Positions 1 through 8,306 of a stretch of DNA of 32,677 nucleotides are shown here, piece after piece. Made by a program: the position numbers and the translations under genes. The notes under the pieces are model-generated. The model made no database searches and was not told the origin of the DNA. It saw only the letters and a list, made by a program, of their open reading frames with translations. The stretch is from Elusimicrobiales bacterium (GTDB lineage Bacteria > Elusimicrobiota > Elusimicrobia > Elusimicrobiales > UBA9959): NCBI GenBank assembly GCA_026416895.1, contig JAOAEH010000028.1, positions 1 through 32,677 of the forward strand, read 5' to 3'. Numbering within the stretch: position 1 is the first letter of the stretch; every line of letters begins with the position of its first letter.

Positions 1-1
1 A

Positions 2-43
2 ACTCTTGAAACTTTTAAAGAAATCTATGAATCAAATAAATGA
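2..43 (+). CDS. Possible 3' end of a hypC-like gene (partial, runs off the left edge)
   Basis: Frame 2 is open from the window edge to TGA at 41-43 and encodes ...TLETFKEIYESNK*. It overlaps the hypD start, as hypC-hypD junctions usually do. The tail loosely resembles the acidic helical C-terminus of HypC. It is too short to confirm. Confidence 0.25.
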   Translation, partial: TLETFKEIYESNK

Positions 44-1154
44 GATTTTTTCTTCATCTGTGTGGTCTAATCCTAAAATAGCAATTGAAATAGTTAAATC
101 GATAAAACAAAAAGCAGTTATTTTTAAAAGAAAATATTTAAGAAATGTATATATAATGGAAGTTTGCGGTACACATACAATGTCTATAGCAAAAAGTGGT
201 ATAAGAGATGCTTTATATGAATATGTAAATCTTATTTCGGGACCAGGTTGTCCTGTTTGTGTTACATCACAGGGTGAGATTGATTCAATTATTGAATTGG
301 GTGAAAAAAATGATGTTATAATTACAACATTTGGTGATATGATGAAAGTAAAAGGAACCTTGGGAAAAAGTTTGTCTTCACTTAGATTATTAAATAAAGA
401 TGTTAGAGTTGTTTATTCAGCTATGGATGCGATAAATATTGCTTGTGAAAATCCTTCTAAAGAGGTTGTTTTTGTTGGTGTTGGCTTTGAAACTACTGCT
501 CCTACTATTGCTGCTTCTGTTAAATATGCTTTTGAAAATGGTGTGAGAAATTTTAGTATTGTTCCTTTTTTTAAATTAGTACCTCCTGCTTTAAAGTATT
601 TAGTTGATTTTAAAATAGGTGTTATAGATGGATTTATATTACCTGGACATGTTAGTGTTATAATTGGAGCTAAATCATATGATTTTTTAAGAGAATATAA
701 TATACCTTCAGTTATTTCTGGTTTTGAACCACTTGATATTTTAAGAAGCATCGATATATTACTTGAAAAAAAAATAAATAATCAAAATGAAATTATAAAT
801 GAATATAGTAGAGCAGTAAATTATGAAGGTAATAAGAATGCTTTGAAAGTGATGGAAGAAGTTTTTAGTGTTGTAGATTCAAGATGGAGAGCAGTTGGAG
901 TTATTAAATACTCTGGCTATGACTTTACAAAAAAATATGTATATTTTAATGCTTTGAAAAAGTTTAATGTTAAGATTAAAGATTCTTTAGAACCAAAAGA
1001 TTGTTTATGTGGAATGATTTTGTTAGGATTAAAAAAACCGTCTGATTGTCCTTTATTCGGAAAAAGATGTAGACCTGAAGATGCTGTTGGTCCTTGTATG
1101 GTTTCATCTGAAGGAGCATGTGCTGCATGGTATAAATATGGAGTTAAAAGATGA
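27..1154 (+). CDS. hypD: [NiFe]-hydrogenase maturation protein HypD
   Basis: Motifs seen: EVCGTHT, GPGCPVCV, PGHVS and the C-terminal Cys cluster CLCG...CPLFGKRC...GPCMVSSEGACAAWYKY. The protein is collinear with E. coli HypD. I prefer ATG at 27 (MNQINEIF matches the usual N-terminal xDEFR region). The ORF track start, TTG at 6, is an alternative. Confidence 0.93.
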   Translation: MNQINEIFSSSVWSNPKIAIEIVKSIKQKAVIFKRKYLRNVYIMEVCGTHTMSIAKSGIRDALYEYVNLISGPGCPVCVTSQGEIDSIIELGEKNDVIITTFGDMMKVKGTLGKSLSSLRLLNKDVRVVYSAMDAINIACENPSKEVVFVGVGFETTAPTIAASVKYAFENGVRNFSIVPFFKLVPPALKYLVDFKIGVIDGFILPGHVSVIIGAKSYDFLREYNIPSVISGFEPLDILRSIDILLEKKINNQNEIINEYSRAVNYEGNKNALKVMEEVFSVVDSRWRAVGVIKYSGYDFTKKYVYFNALKKFNVKIKDSLEPKDCLCGMILLGLKKPSDCPLFGKRCRPEDAVGPCMVSSEGACAAWYKYGVKR

Positions 1155-2056
1155 ATATAGAAACTTTAAAAATGTTTAAAGATCTTATTGATACTCAAAA
1201 TTTTACAAAAACTGCAGAGTTAAATTTTGTAACTCAGTCTGCTGTAAGCCAACACATGAAAAAATTAGAAATAATTTTTAAAACTAAACTTTTTCTCAAG
1301 AAAAATGAGAAACTTGAACTTACAGAAATAGGCAAGATAGTTTATCAATATTCTTCAGATATAGTTTCTAAATACAGTGAAATGCTTGAGAAAGTTAATT
1401 TGAATTTTAATAGATCTATTTTAGGTGAAGTGAGGATTTCATCGATATATAGTGTGGGAATATACTATCTTAGAAATTATATAAGAGAATTTATCTCTCT
1501 TAATCCAAATATCAAAATTAGTTTGAATTATATGGAGTGGGATGAAGTAATAGAAAAAGTAATAAAAGGAGATGCGGATTTTGGCTTTCTTGCTTGTAAA
1601 AGTGTTAATGATCATAATCTTTCTTCTATACCAGTAGCAGATGAAGAACTTGTTCTGGTAGCTCCAGTATCATTTAAAATTGGAGAAAAAAATCAAGTTC
1701 CGCTTTCTTATATTTCTTCACTTAAACTTGTATTTTTTGAAAAAAATACACCTTCACGAAAATTTATTGATAATATTCTGAAGAAAAGTAATGTAAAGCT
1801 AAATATAACTATGGAACTAAATAATATTGATACTATTAAAGCAGCAGTGATGTCAAATACTGGTTTTTCTATTCTTCCGCTAAATTCAGTCATAGAGGAT
1901 GAAAAAAATTCAAGATTAAAATTTTATAGATTTACAACTCCATTATATAGACCAGTTTATATGATTTATTGTAAAAGAAAAAAATTCAGTAAAGAAGTAA
2001 ACAGATTTTTAAATTTTATTCTTTCTAAAAAAAAGGAGAAGAATTATAATGAATAG
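1151..2056 (+). CDS. LysR-family transcriptional regulator
   Basis: N-terminal LysR HTH (FTKTAELNFVTQSAVSQHMKKLE) followed by a ~200-aa substrate-binding-type domain. There is an ATGA overlap with the hypD stop, and the 3' end overlaps the hypE start by 8 nt. Confidence 0.9.
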   Translation: MNIETLKMFKDLIDTQNFTKTAELNFVTQSAVSQHMKKLEIIFKTKLFLKKNEKLELTEIGKIVYQYSSDIVSKYSEMLEKVNLNFNRSILGEVRISSIYSVGIYYLRNYIREFISLNPNIKISLNYMEWDEVIEKVIKGDADFGFLACKSVNDHNLSSIPVADEELVLVAPVSFKIGEKNQVPLSYISSLKLVFFEKNTPSRKFIDNILKKSNVKLNITMELNNIDTIKAAVMSNTGFSILPLNSVIEDEKNSRLKFYRFTTPLYRPVYMIYCKRKKFSKEVNRFLNFILSKKKEKNYNE

Positions 2057-3050
2057 TTTAATAAAAATTGAACATGGAAGTGGTGGAAAATATACTTTTG
2101 AATTGATAAAAAATGTGTTTCTTAAAGAACTTGGAATATCTGAATCAAATTATACATTTGAGGATTCATATGTTTTTAATAAAAATAATGAAAAAATTGC
2201 GTTTACCACTGATTCATATGTAGTGAATCCTTTATTTTTTCCTGGGGGAGATATAGGCAGATTAGCTGTATGTGGAACGGTTAATGATTTAGCAGTTAGT
2301 GGAGCTATTCCTTATGTAATTTCTGCTGGGTTTATTATAGAGGAAGGATTTGAAATTGATAACTTGAGAAAAATAATTAGGTCAATGAAAAAGGCGTGTA
2401 TTGAGGCTAATGTAAAGATTGTTTGTGGTGATACTAAAGTTGTAGAAAAGGGAAAAGCTGATGGGGTTTTTATAAACACAAGTGGAATAGGCTTTTTTGA
2501 GGAAAATTTAAATTTTTCTTATAGAAATGCTAAGCCTAAAGATTTAATTATTATAAATGGGGAAATTGCATCGCATGGAATTGCTGTTATGAATGAAAGA
2601 CATAAACTTGGAATAAAAGGAAGTATTAGAAGCGATGTATCTCCTTTAAATGGACTTATTTCAATGATAAAAAATATTCCAGGAATAAGATGTATTAAAG
2701 ATTTGACTAGAGGAGGACTTGCTGAAGGAATTATTGAGATTTCATTAGCTTGTGGTTTTGGTATAGAGATTGATGAAGCATCTATTCCAATAAATAAATC
2801 TGTTAAATCTGCTTGTGAGCTTTTAGGAATAGATCCTTTATATGTTGCAAATGAAGGTAAGATCATTGTAATTGTTGATAGTAAATATGGAGATAGGGTG
2901 TTAGAAAAAATGAAAAAACATTGTTATGGTAGAAAATCAGCTATTATAGGTAGAATTTTATATGAAAATGGTGTTTATTTAAAAACTATTTCAGGAATGA
3001 GAAGAATGGTCATAAGTATGAGTGGAGAGCAATTGCCGAGAATATGCTAA
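2049..3050 (+). CDS. hypE: Hydrogenase maturation protein HypE
   Basis: PurM-like fold motifs (IEHGSGG, FTTDSYVVNPLFFPGGDIGRLAVCGTVNDLAVSGA, GDTKVV) and the diagnostic C-terminal PRIC tail. Confidence 0.94.
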   Translation: MNSLIKIEHGSGGKYTFELIKNVFLKELGISESNYTFEDSYVFNKNNEKIAFTTDSYVVNPLFFPGGDIGRLAVCGTVNDLAVSGAIPYVISAGFIIEEGFEIDNLRKIIRSMKKACIEANVKIVCGDTKVVEKGKADGVFINTSGIGFFEENLNFSYRNAKPKDLIIINGEIASHGIAVMNERHKLGIKGSIRSDVSPLNGLISMIKNIPGIRCIKDLTRGGLAEGIIEISLACGFGIEIDEASIPINKSVKSACELLGIDPLYVANEGKIIVIVDSKYGDRVLEKMKKHCYGRKSAIIGRILYENGVYLKTISGMRRMVISMSGEQLPRIC

Positions 3051-3853
3051 GAAAAATTATTTATTTATTTTTCTCTCTTTTATTTTCGGTATTGTTGGTT
3101 TTTTTTCAAAGAAAAACTGGGCCAACATATCCAGTTAAAGGATCTTTTGATATTTATAATGATAATATAAAATATTTTTTTCCAAGAAGTTGTACTATAA
3201 AAGAACAGAAATGTAATGCAGTAATAGATTCTAAAGTTGGAGATTTTTATATTAAATATAAAAGGTATAAGATTAACGAAGAATTCAAAATTATTAGGTT
3301 TAGTTTTGTAGATTCTAATAAAAAATTTATAGCTAATATTCCTAGTGATTTTCCACCGGCTGCAAAGATTGAGTATAATGTTTATGCTAAAATTGGAGAG
3401 AATGAGTTTAAAATAAATAATAAAAGTGTTATTTTAAGATTTAAGAACAAGGTCGATAGCTGGATTCTAATTATACACGTAATTATAATGTTTGGTTCTT
3501 TAGTTTTAAGTTTATATATGTTTTTTAGAGTTATTTTTGATAAAAAATATTCTTCTTTGTTGTTATACATTAATTGGATTTTGCTTTTAATTGGTGGGTT
3601 TGTATTTGGAGGTTTATTACAAAAACAAGCTTTTGGACTATGGTGGAGTGGATTTCCGTTAGGTTATGATATAACAGATAATAAAACTCTTATAGTTTTT
3701 TTATCTTGGAGTGTTGCTTTATTGTTTTCTATAAGAAAAAAGAATGTATCTAAATATATAGTTTTTTCTTCTATACTTATGATACTTTCATATTTAATTC
3801 CTCATAGTTTATTTGGTAGTGAGTATGATTATTTAAATGAAAAAATTAGATGA
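3044..3853 (+). CDS. Uncharacterised membrane protein (N-terminal anchor, ~120-aa extracytoplasmic domain, 4 C-terminal TM helices)
   Basis: A 269-codon stop-free ORF in an AT-rich genome. It overlaps the hypE stop by 7 nt and the hypF start by ATGA. The hydrophobic segments are clear, and there is a Trp-rich loop, AFGLWWSGFPLGYDITDNKT. I recognise no family. Confidence 0.7.
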   Translation: MLRKIIYLFFSLLFSVLLVFFQRKTGPTYPVKGSFDIYNDNIKYFFPRSCTIKEQKCNAVIDSKVGDFYIKYKRYKINEEFKIIRFSFVDSNKKFIANIPSDFPPAAKIEYNVYAKIGENEFKINNKSVILRFKNKVDSWILIIHVIIMFGSLVLSLYMFFRVIFDKKYSSLLLYINWILLLIGGFVFGGLLQKQAFGLWWSGFPLGYDITDNKTLIVFLSWSVALLFSIRKKNVSKYIVFSSILMILSYLIPHSLFGSEYDYLNEKIR

Positions 3854-6120
3854 CTAAAAAGATAATTATAACTGGTACAGTACAAGGTGTAGGATTTAGA
3901 CCTTTTATTTATAATTTGGCAAAGTCTTTAAATCTTAAGGGAACAGTCTCAAATACATCGCAAGGTGTGTTAATATATGTAAATGTTAGCAATGATGAGG
4001 AATTAAGGAATTTCATAAAAAATATAAATGAAAAAAAACCTGTAAATTCTAAAATAGATAATATCTATATAGAAAATGTTAAAAATAAAGTTTTTAATGA
4101 TTTTGAAATAATTATAAGTAAAAATTCATCTAAAAAATCAGCTTTAATACCACCAGATCTAGCAATATGTAAAGATTGTGTTAGTGATATAGTGGATAAG
4201 TCAAATAGAAGATATTTATATCCTTTTACGAATTGTACTAATTGTGGTCCTAGGTTTTCAATAACGGAAAAAATTCCTTATGATAGAAAAAATACATCTA
4301 TGGGTATTTTTAGAATGTGTGGAAAATGTTTAGATGAATACAACGATCCTAATAACAGACGTTTTCATGCTCAACCTAATGCATGTCCTGTATGTGGACC
4401 GGAGGTTTGGGTAGTTTGGAAGGGTAAAAAGGTAAATGGTATAAAAGCGATAGATTTTATTGTAGAGAAAGTAGTGGAAGGAGAAGTGGTTTTAATTAAA
4501 GGTTTGGGTGGTTTTCATATTGCATGTGATGCTTTTAATTATAAAAGTGTAGAAAAAGTTAGAAAGATAAAAAAGAGAGAATTTAAACCTTTTGCTGTTA
4601 TGTTTGGAGATTTGTTTGAAATAGATAAATACTTGGAGCTTAATAGTCAAGAATCTGAAATACTTACATCGTCTGTTTCTCCAATAGTTATGCTTAAAAA
4701 AAAGGATTACAAAAATTTTGAATATGTTTCTCCAAAACTTGATTGTGTTGGTGTAATGATTCCATATACGCCATTACATTTGATTATTTTTAAAAAACTT
4801 AGAGAAAAAGGTTTTTTTAATCCTTTGGTTATGACTTCAGGGAACTTTAAAGATGAACCTATAATTACAGATAATGAAGAGGCTTTATCTAAATTTAATA
4901 AATTAGCTGTTTTATGTCATGATAGAGAGATAATAAATAGAGTAGATGATAGCATAGGATTTGTTGATGAGACAAATATTTTTAGGCTTATAAGAAGATC
5001 AAGGGGATATGTACCAAGTCCAATAAAATTATCTTATTCTTGTAATAAAGAGGTTTTTGCTTGTGGAGGGGATCTTAAAAACTCATTTGCTTTTTTGCGT
5101 GGTGAAGATGTCTTTTTATCCCAATATATAGGGGATTTGGATACTCAAGAAAATGCTGTTTATTATAAAAATACTTTTAATAATATAAAAAAACTTTATG
5201 ATTTTAAACCTACTGTTATGATTTGTGATATGCATCCACTTTATAGATCTTCTTTTATTGCATCAAATAATTTTAATATTGCTAAAAAAATATATGTTCA
5301 ACATCATATAGCTCATATATATTCGGTCATGGCAGAATATAACCTTTATGATAATTTAATTGGAATATCCTTTGATGGTACCGGTTATGGTATGGATGGC
5401 AATATATGGGGAGGTGAATTTTTTATACTCAAAAATAAAAAGATAACTAGAATATCTCATCTAGAAAATTTCTTTATATTTGGAGGAGACAGTTCTATTA
5501 AAGATATATGGAAAAGTTTTGTTTCTGTTTTTAGTGATAGAGAAGATTTTATTTTTAGAGTTCTAAAAGGTAAAGTAAATGAAGAAAAAATAAAGTTAGT
5601 ATTGAAATCTCTTAATAAGAAAATAAATGGTTTTTATAGTTCAAGCTGTGGAAGATTGTTTGATGCTTTTTCAGTAGTGGTTACTGGTAAAACTTATTCA
5701 GATTTTGAAGCAGAAGGTCCTATGAGAATGGAGACATTCCTTATTAAGGATCTTTTAGAAAGTTATAAATTTTCTATAGAGAAATATAATGGAAAATATA
5801 TTCTTAGATATTCAAATTTCTTAGATGAGGTAATTTATGATTATGAATATTATAGAGAGAAAATTTCTACTAAATTTCATAATTCTATTATAAATGTTAT
5901 TGTTGATATGTGCAATATTTTAAGAAAAGAATATTCTATAAATAATGTGGTTTTAAGTGGTGGAGTTTTTCAAAATAGATATATTTTAAATGGAGTAATC
6001 AAAAATCTTTCTATTTTTGGTTTTAAAGTATACTCAAATAGATTAGTTCCTTTAAATGATGGTGGAATTTCCCTTGGACAGATATATTGGAGTATTTGTA
6101 ATCATTCTTTTATTTTTTAG
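3850..6120 (+). CDS. hypF: Carbamoyltransferase HypF
   Basis: Acylphosphatase-like N-terminus (VQGVGFRPF). Two zinc-finger pairs (CKDC...CTNCGPR and CGKC...CPVCGP). YrdC-like LIKGLGGFHIACDA. Kae1-like C-terminal half with HHIAHI. The 756-aa length is typical. Confidence 0.95.
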   Translation: MTKKIIITGTVQGVGFRPFIYNLAKSLNLKGTVSNTSQGVLIYVNVSNDEELRNFIKNINEKKPVNSKIDNIYIENVKNKVFNDFEIIISKNSSKKSALIPPDLAICKDCVSDIVDKSNRRYLYPFTNCTNCGPRFSITEKIPYDRKNTSMGIFRMCGKCLDEYNDPNNRRFHAQPNACPVCGPEVWVVWKGKKVNGIKAIDFIVEKVVEGEVVLIKGLGGFHIACDAFNYKSVEKVRKIKKREFKPFAVMFGDLFEIDKYLELNSQESEILTSSVSPIVMLKKKDYKNFEYVSPKLDCVGVMIPYTPLHLIIFKKLREKGFFNPLVMTSGNFKDEPIITDNEEALSKFNKLAVLCHDREIINRVDDSIGFVDETNIFRLIRRSRGYVPSPIKLSYSCNKEVFACGGDLKNSFAFLRGEDVFLSQYIGDLDTQENAVYYKNTFNNIKKLYDFKPTVMICDMHPLYRSSFIASNNFNIAKKIYVQHHIAHIYSVMAEYNLYDNLIGISFDGTGYGMDGNIWGGEFFILKNKKITRISHLENFFIFGGDSSIKDIWKSFVSVFSDREDFIFRVLKGKVNEEKIKLVLKSLNKKINGFYSSSCGRLFDAFSVVVTGKTYSDFEAEGPMRMETFLIKDLLESYKFSIEKYNGKYILRYSNFLDEVIYDYEYYREKISTKFHNSIINVIVDMCNILRKEYSINNVVLSGGVFQNRYILNGVIKNLSIFGFKVYSNRLVPLNDGGISLGQIYWSICNHSFIF

Positions 6121-6784
6121 TTTTCTTATTTTTAGGCTCTTCAGATGTTTTTGATATGTTGTCAAAGTCAGTTGAAGAAATGTTTTGAATCATATATTGA
6201 ATTCGAGGATCAGTTCCCATTTTCATAAAAGATTTCATTAGTTCAGGATTTGATAAAAATTCTTTTGTAATTTTTTGCATAAACTTTGGATCATTCATTT
6301 TTTTGAACATTTTAATTGGTCTTTCTTTTGGTGGTAATTCAAATATTTCTTTTATTTCTGGATCATTTTTAAATTTTTCTATAAACTGATTTATAGCTGG
6401 ATCATTGTAATAATCTTCTACAATTTCTTCTACATTTTTAATATTTTCTGATTTTGATACTGTTTCAATTATGTCTTTTGGAAGAGTACCTATTTTTGAA
6501 AGAGAAGAGTTTTCAAATGATATAGATGAGCTAATTATTTGAGTTTGTTGTTTTAAATCTTCTATTTTTATTTCTTGTTCAATATTTGTTATTGTTTCTT
6601 CTACTGTTTTTGAAAACTTTTTGTAATTTATGTAGACGATATAAATTATAATTGAGAATATTATTACTATAAAAATTAGAATAATTAAAATAATCTTTAA
6701 AAATTTATCTCTTTTCTTTAATTTTTCAACTTCACCTATTATTTTTTGATTTTCTTGAGTATTTTTATCCTTTTTTTCTTCCAT
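6110..6784 (-). CDS. Single-pass membrane protein with C-terminal DP/STI1-like repeats
   Basis: 224 aa: a charged N-terminus, one strong TM helix (ILIILIFIVIIFSIIIYIVYI), then five [NST][DN]P-x3-hydrophobic repeats at aa 127-201. An AGAGG-like SD lies upstream of the ATG at 6784. The 3' end overlaps the hypF 3' end by 11 nt. Confidence 0.7.
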   Translation of the reverse strand: MEEKKDKNTQENQKIIGEVEKLKKRDKFLKIILIILIFIVIIFSIIIYIVYINYKKFSKTVEETITNIEQEIKIEDLKQQTQIISSSISFENSSLSKIGTLPKDIIETVSKSENIKNVEEIVEDYYNDPAINQFIEKFKNDPEIKEIFELPPKERPIKMFKKMNDPKFMQKITKEFLSNPELMKSFMKMGTDPRIQYMIQNISSTDFDNISKTSEEPKNKKTKK

Positions 6785-6829
6785 AATATAAACCTCTTAT
6801 TTGACATTATACAAAATAAATTGATAAGA

Positions 6830-6835
6830 TATAAT
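6830..6835 (+). promoter_or_regulatory. Candidate -10 box (TATAAT) upstream of tRNA-Glu and the envelope operon
   Basis: A perfect TATAAT lies 48 nt upstream of the tRNA. It sits in TTGATAAGATATAATT, which resembles the TTGATATAATTT element seen at 13328 and 16487. TTGACA at 6801-6806 is 23 nt away, too far for a canonical -35. Confidence 0.25.
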
Positions 6836-6883
6836 TACATTTCCATTTTGAGTCTCTTAAACTTACTTTTAATTACAGAAAAT

Positions 6884-6957
6884 GCCCTCATCGTCTAGTG
6901 GCCTAGGACGCCGCCCTTTCAAGGCGGAAATCACGGGTTCGAATCCCGTTGAGGGCG
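6884..6957 (+). tRNA. tRNA-Glu (anticodon UUC)
   Basis: Hand-folded cloverleaf: acceptor GCCCTCA/TGAGGGC, D arm GTCT..GGAC, anticodon stem CCGCC/GGCGG with loop CTTTCAA, T arm ACGGG-TTCGAAT-CCCGT, discriminator G. 74 nt. CCA is not encoded. Confidence 0.93.
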
Positions 6958-7005
6958 CTTTTAATAATATTGACTTTCTATATAGATTTAGTTAAACTGT
7001 ATTTG

Positions 7006-7944
7006 ATGAGAGATTTTTTTTATTTGTTTAAAAAGTTTTTTAAAAGTTTTTTGAGACATAGAATTTATATAAGTTTGACCCCTACTTCTTATTTGCCTTA
7101 TTTTAGACTAAATTTAAGCTTTTTAAGTTTTTTTATTTTTATTTTTTTTATTTTAATTATTTTTAGTTTTTCTTTATTTAATTTTTTTTCATATCTTGAT
7201 TATTATGCTTTAAAAATTGAAAATTTTATATTGAAAAGAAAGTTAACTGGAATTATAAGGGAAGCAGAAGAAAGTTTTTCTTATCTTGCTGCTCTTAAAA
7301 AAGCTGAAATGCAACTTAGTGAGATATCTTTTTCAAAAAATAGAATGTCTAGTAATACAGAATTTATTGGTGGTCCTTCTTCTAAAGAATGGCTTAGATT
7401 TTCAAACTTGATAAATAGGGTTGATTATTCTAGGCTTAATGATAAGGAAATAATAGATGCATATAGAATAATAAAGTCTGAAGCTCAACAGAGAATAAAA
7501 GACTATGAAAAACTTTTTAATTACATTACTTCTCATATTTCTCGAATTAATTCTACTCCTAAAGGATGGCCGGTAAATGGATATATAACTTCTTATTTCG
7601 GATATAGAATTCATCCTTTTACTTTTTCTTATGATTTTCATAGTGGAGTTGATATAGTTAATGATCCTGGAACAGATGTAAAAGTTACTGCAGATGGTGT
7701 TGTAAGATATACTGGTTGGGCGGTTGGTTATGGTTTATGTATTATTGTAGATCATGGTTTTGGATATACAACTCTTTATGGTCATTTAAGTCAAGTATTT
7801 GTTAAAATTGGAGATATTATCAAGAAAGGAACTGTTATAGGTAAGCTTGGTTCTACAGGCACATCAACTGGTCCGCATCTACATTACGAAGTTTGGGAAT
7901 ATGGTGTTCCTAAAAATCCTTTAAAGTATATAACTAGTAATTAA
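7006..7944 (+). CDS. Membrane-anchored M23/LytM-family metallopeptidase
   Basis: HxxxD (HSGVD) and HxH (GPHLHYEV) motifs. There is an N-terminal TM segment and a coiled-coil region. The start is set at ATG 7006, because the ORF-track start at 6949 is a TTG inside the tRNA-Glu gene. Confidence 0.9.
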   Translation: MRDFFYLFKKFFKSFLRHRIYISLTPTSYLPYFRLNLSFLSFFIFIFFILIIFSFSLFNFFSYLDYYALKIENFILKRKLTGIIREAEESFSYLAALKKAEMQLSEISFSKNRMSSNTEFIGGPSSKEWLRFSNLINRVDYSRLNDKEIIDAYRIIKSEAQQRIKDYEKLFNYITSHISRINSTPKGWPVNGYITSYFGYRIHPFTFSYDFHSGVDIVNDPGTDVKVTADGVVRYTGWAVGYGLCIIVDHGFGYTTLYGHLSQVFVKIGDIIKKGTVIGKLGSTGTSTGPHLHYEVWEYGVPKNPLKYITSN

Positions 7945-7946
7945 TT

Positions 7947-8306
7947 ATGTCTGTCTTTAAAGATAAAATTTCAGAACTTACTGTAAGTGAAAGTGTTATT
8001 ACAGAAGATTGTACTTTTATAGGTAATATTAATACTAAAGGATCTATCAAAGTAGAAGGAGTAGTTGAAGGAAATATAACAAGCTCAAAAGAGGTTTTTG
8101 TTACTAAAACTGCTAGAGTAAATGGTGATATAGTTTGTGGTAGATGTGTTGTATATGGAAATATTAATGGTAATATTATAGCATCTAATTCAGTTGAAAT
8201 TATGTCGATTGGTTGTGTAAATGGAGATATAAGGACTTCACGAATAATGATTGAAGATGGTGCTTATATTTGTGGTAATATTGATATGAAAAAGGAGAAA
8301 GTATGA
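7947..8306 (+). CDS. Bactofilin-family cytoskeletal protein
   Basis: 119 aa with a typical DUF583 beta-helix repeat pattern (IKVEGVVEGNI...VNGDIVC...GNINGNIIAS...VNGDIRT). It starts 2 nt after the M23 stop. Confidence 0.88.
   Translation: MSVFKDKISELTVSESVITEDCTFIGNINTKGSIKVEGVVEGNITSSKEVFVTKTARVNGDIVCGRCVVYGNINGNIIASNSVEIMSIGCVNGDIRTSRIMIEDGAYICGNIDMKKEKV

Noticed and set aside
413-751. 112-aa antisense ORF inside hypD. Similar antisense or alternate-frame ORFs lie at 1708-1893, 2519-2866, 3382-3570, 7402-7641, 8461-8667, 13813-14010, 15660-15848, 16012-16203, 16572-16844, 17956-18150, 18311-18550, 18929-19132, 20257-20472 and 29547-29855.
   Set aside because: Each lies wholly within a gene whose product has clear conserved motifs. 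The shadow translations are low-complexity Ile/Ser/Phe/Leu strings with no start signals, which is what frames opposite or alongside AT-rich coding sequence typically produce.
3044-3853. Calling the hyp-embedded membrane protein a nickel transporter (HupE/UreJ or NiCoT).
   Set aside because: It lacks the His-rich signature motifs of those families (HPxxGxxH-type, HX4DH), and its topology (large extracytoplasmic domain plus 4 TM helices) differs. It is left as unknown.
6785-6883. Possible genomic-island boundary at tRNA-Glu. The same question applies to tRNA-Leu at 15569-15654.
   Set aside because: No integrase, recombinase or transposase ORF is present nearby, and I saw no direct repeat of the tRNA 3' end. 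The flanking genes are housekeeping types with the same composition as the rest of the window.
6949-7005. ORF-track start of the M23 peptidase (TTG at 6949).
   Set aside because: That start codon lies inside the tRNA-Glu gene (6884-6957). The in-frame ATG at 7006 gives a sensible N-terminus that does not overlap the tRNA.
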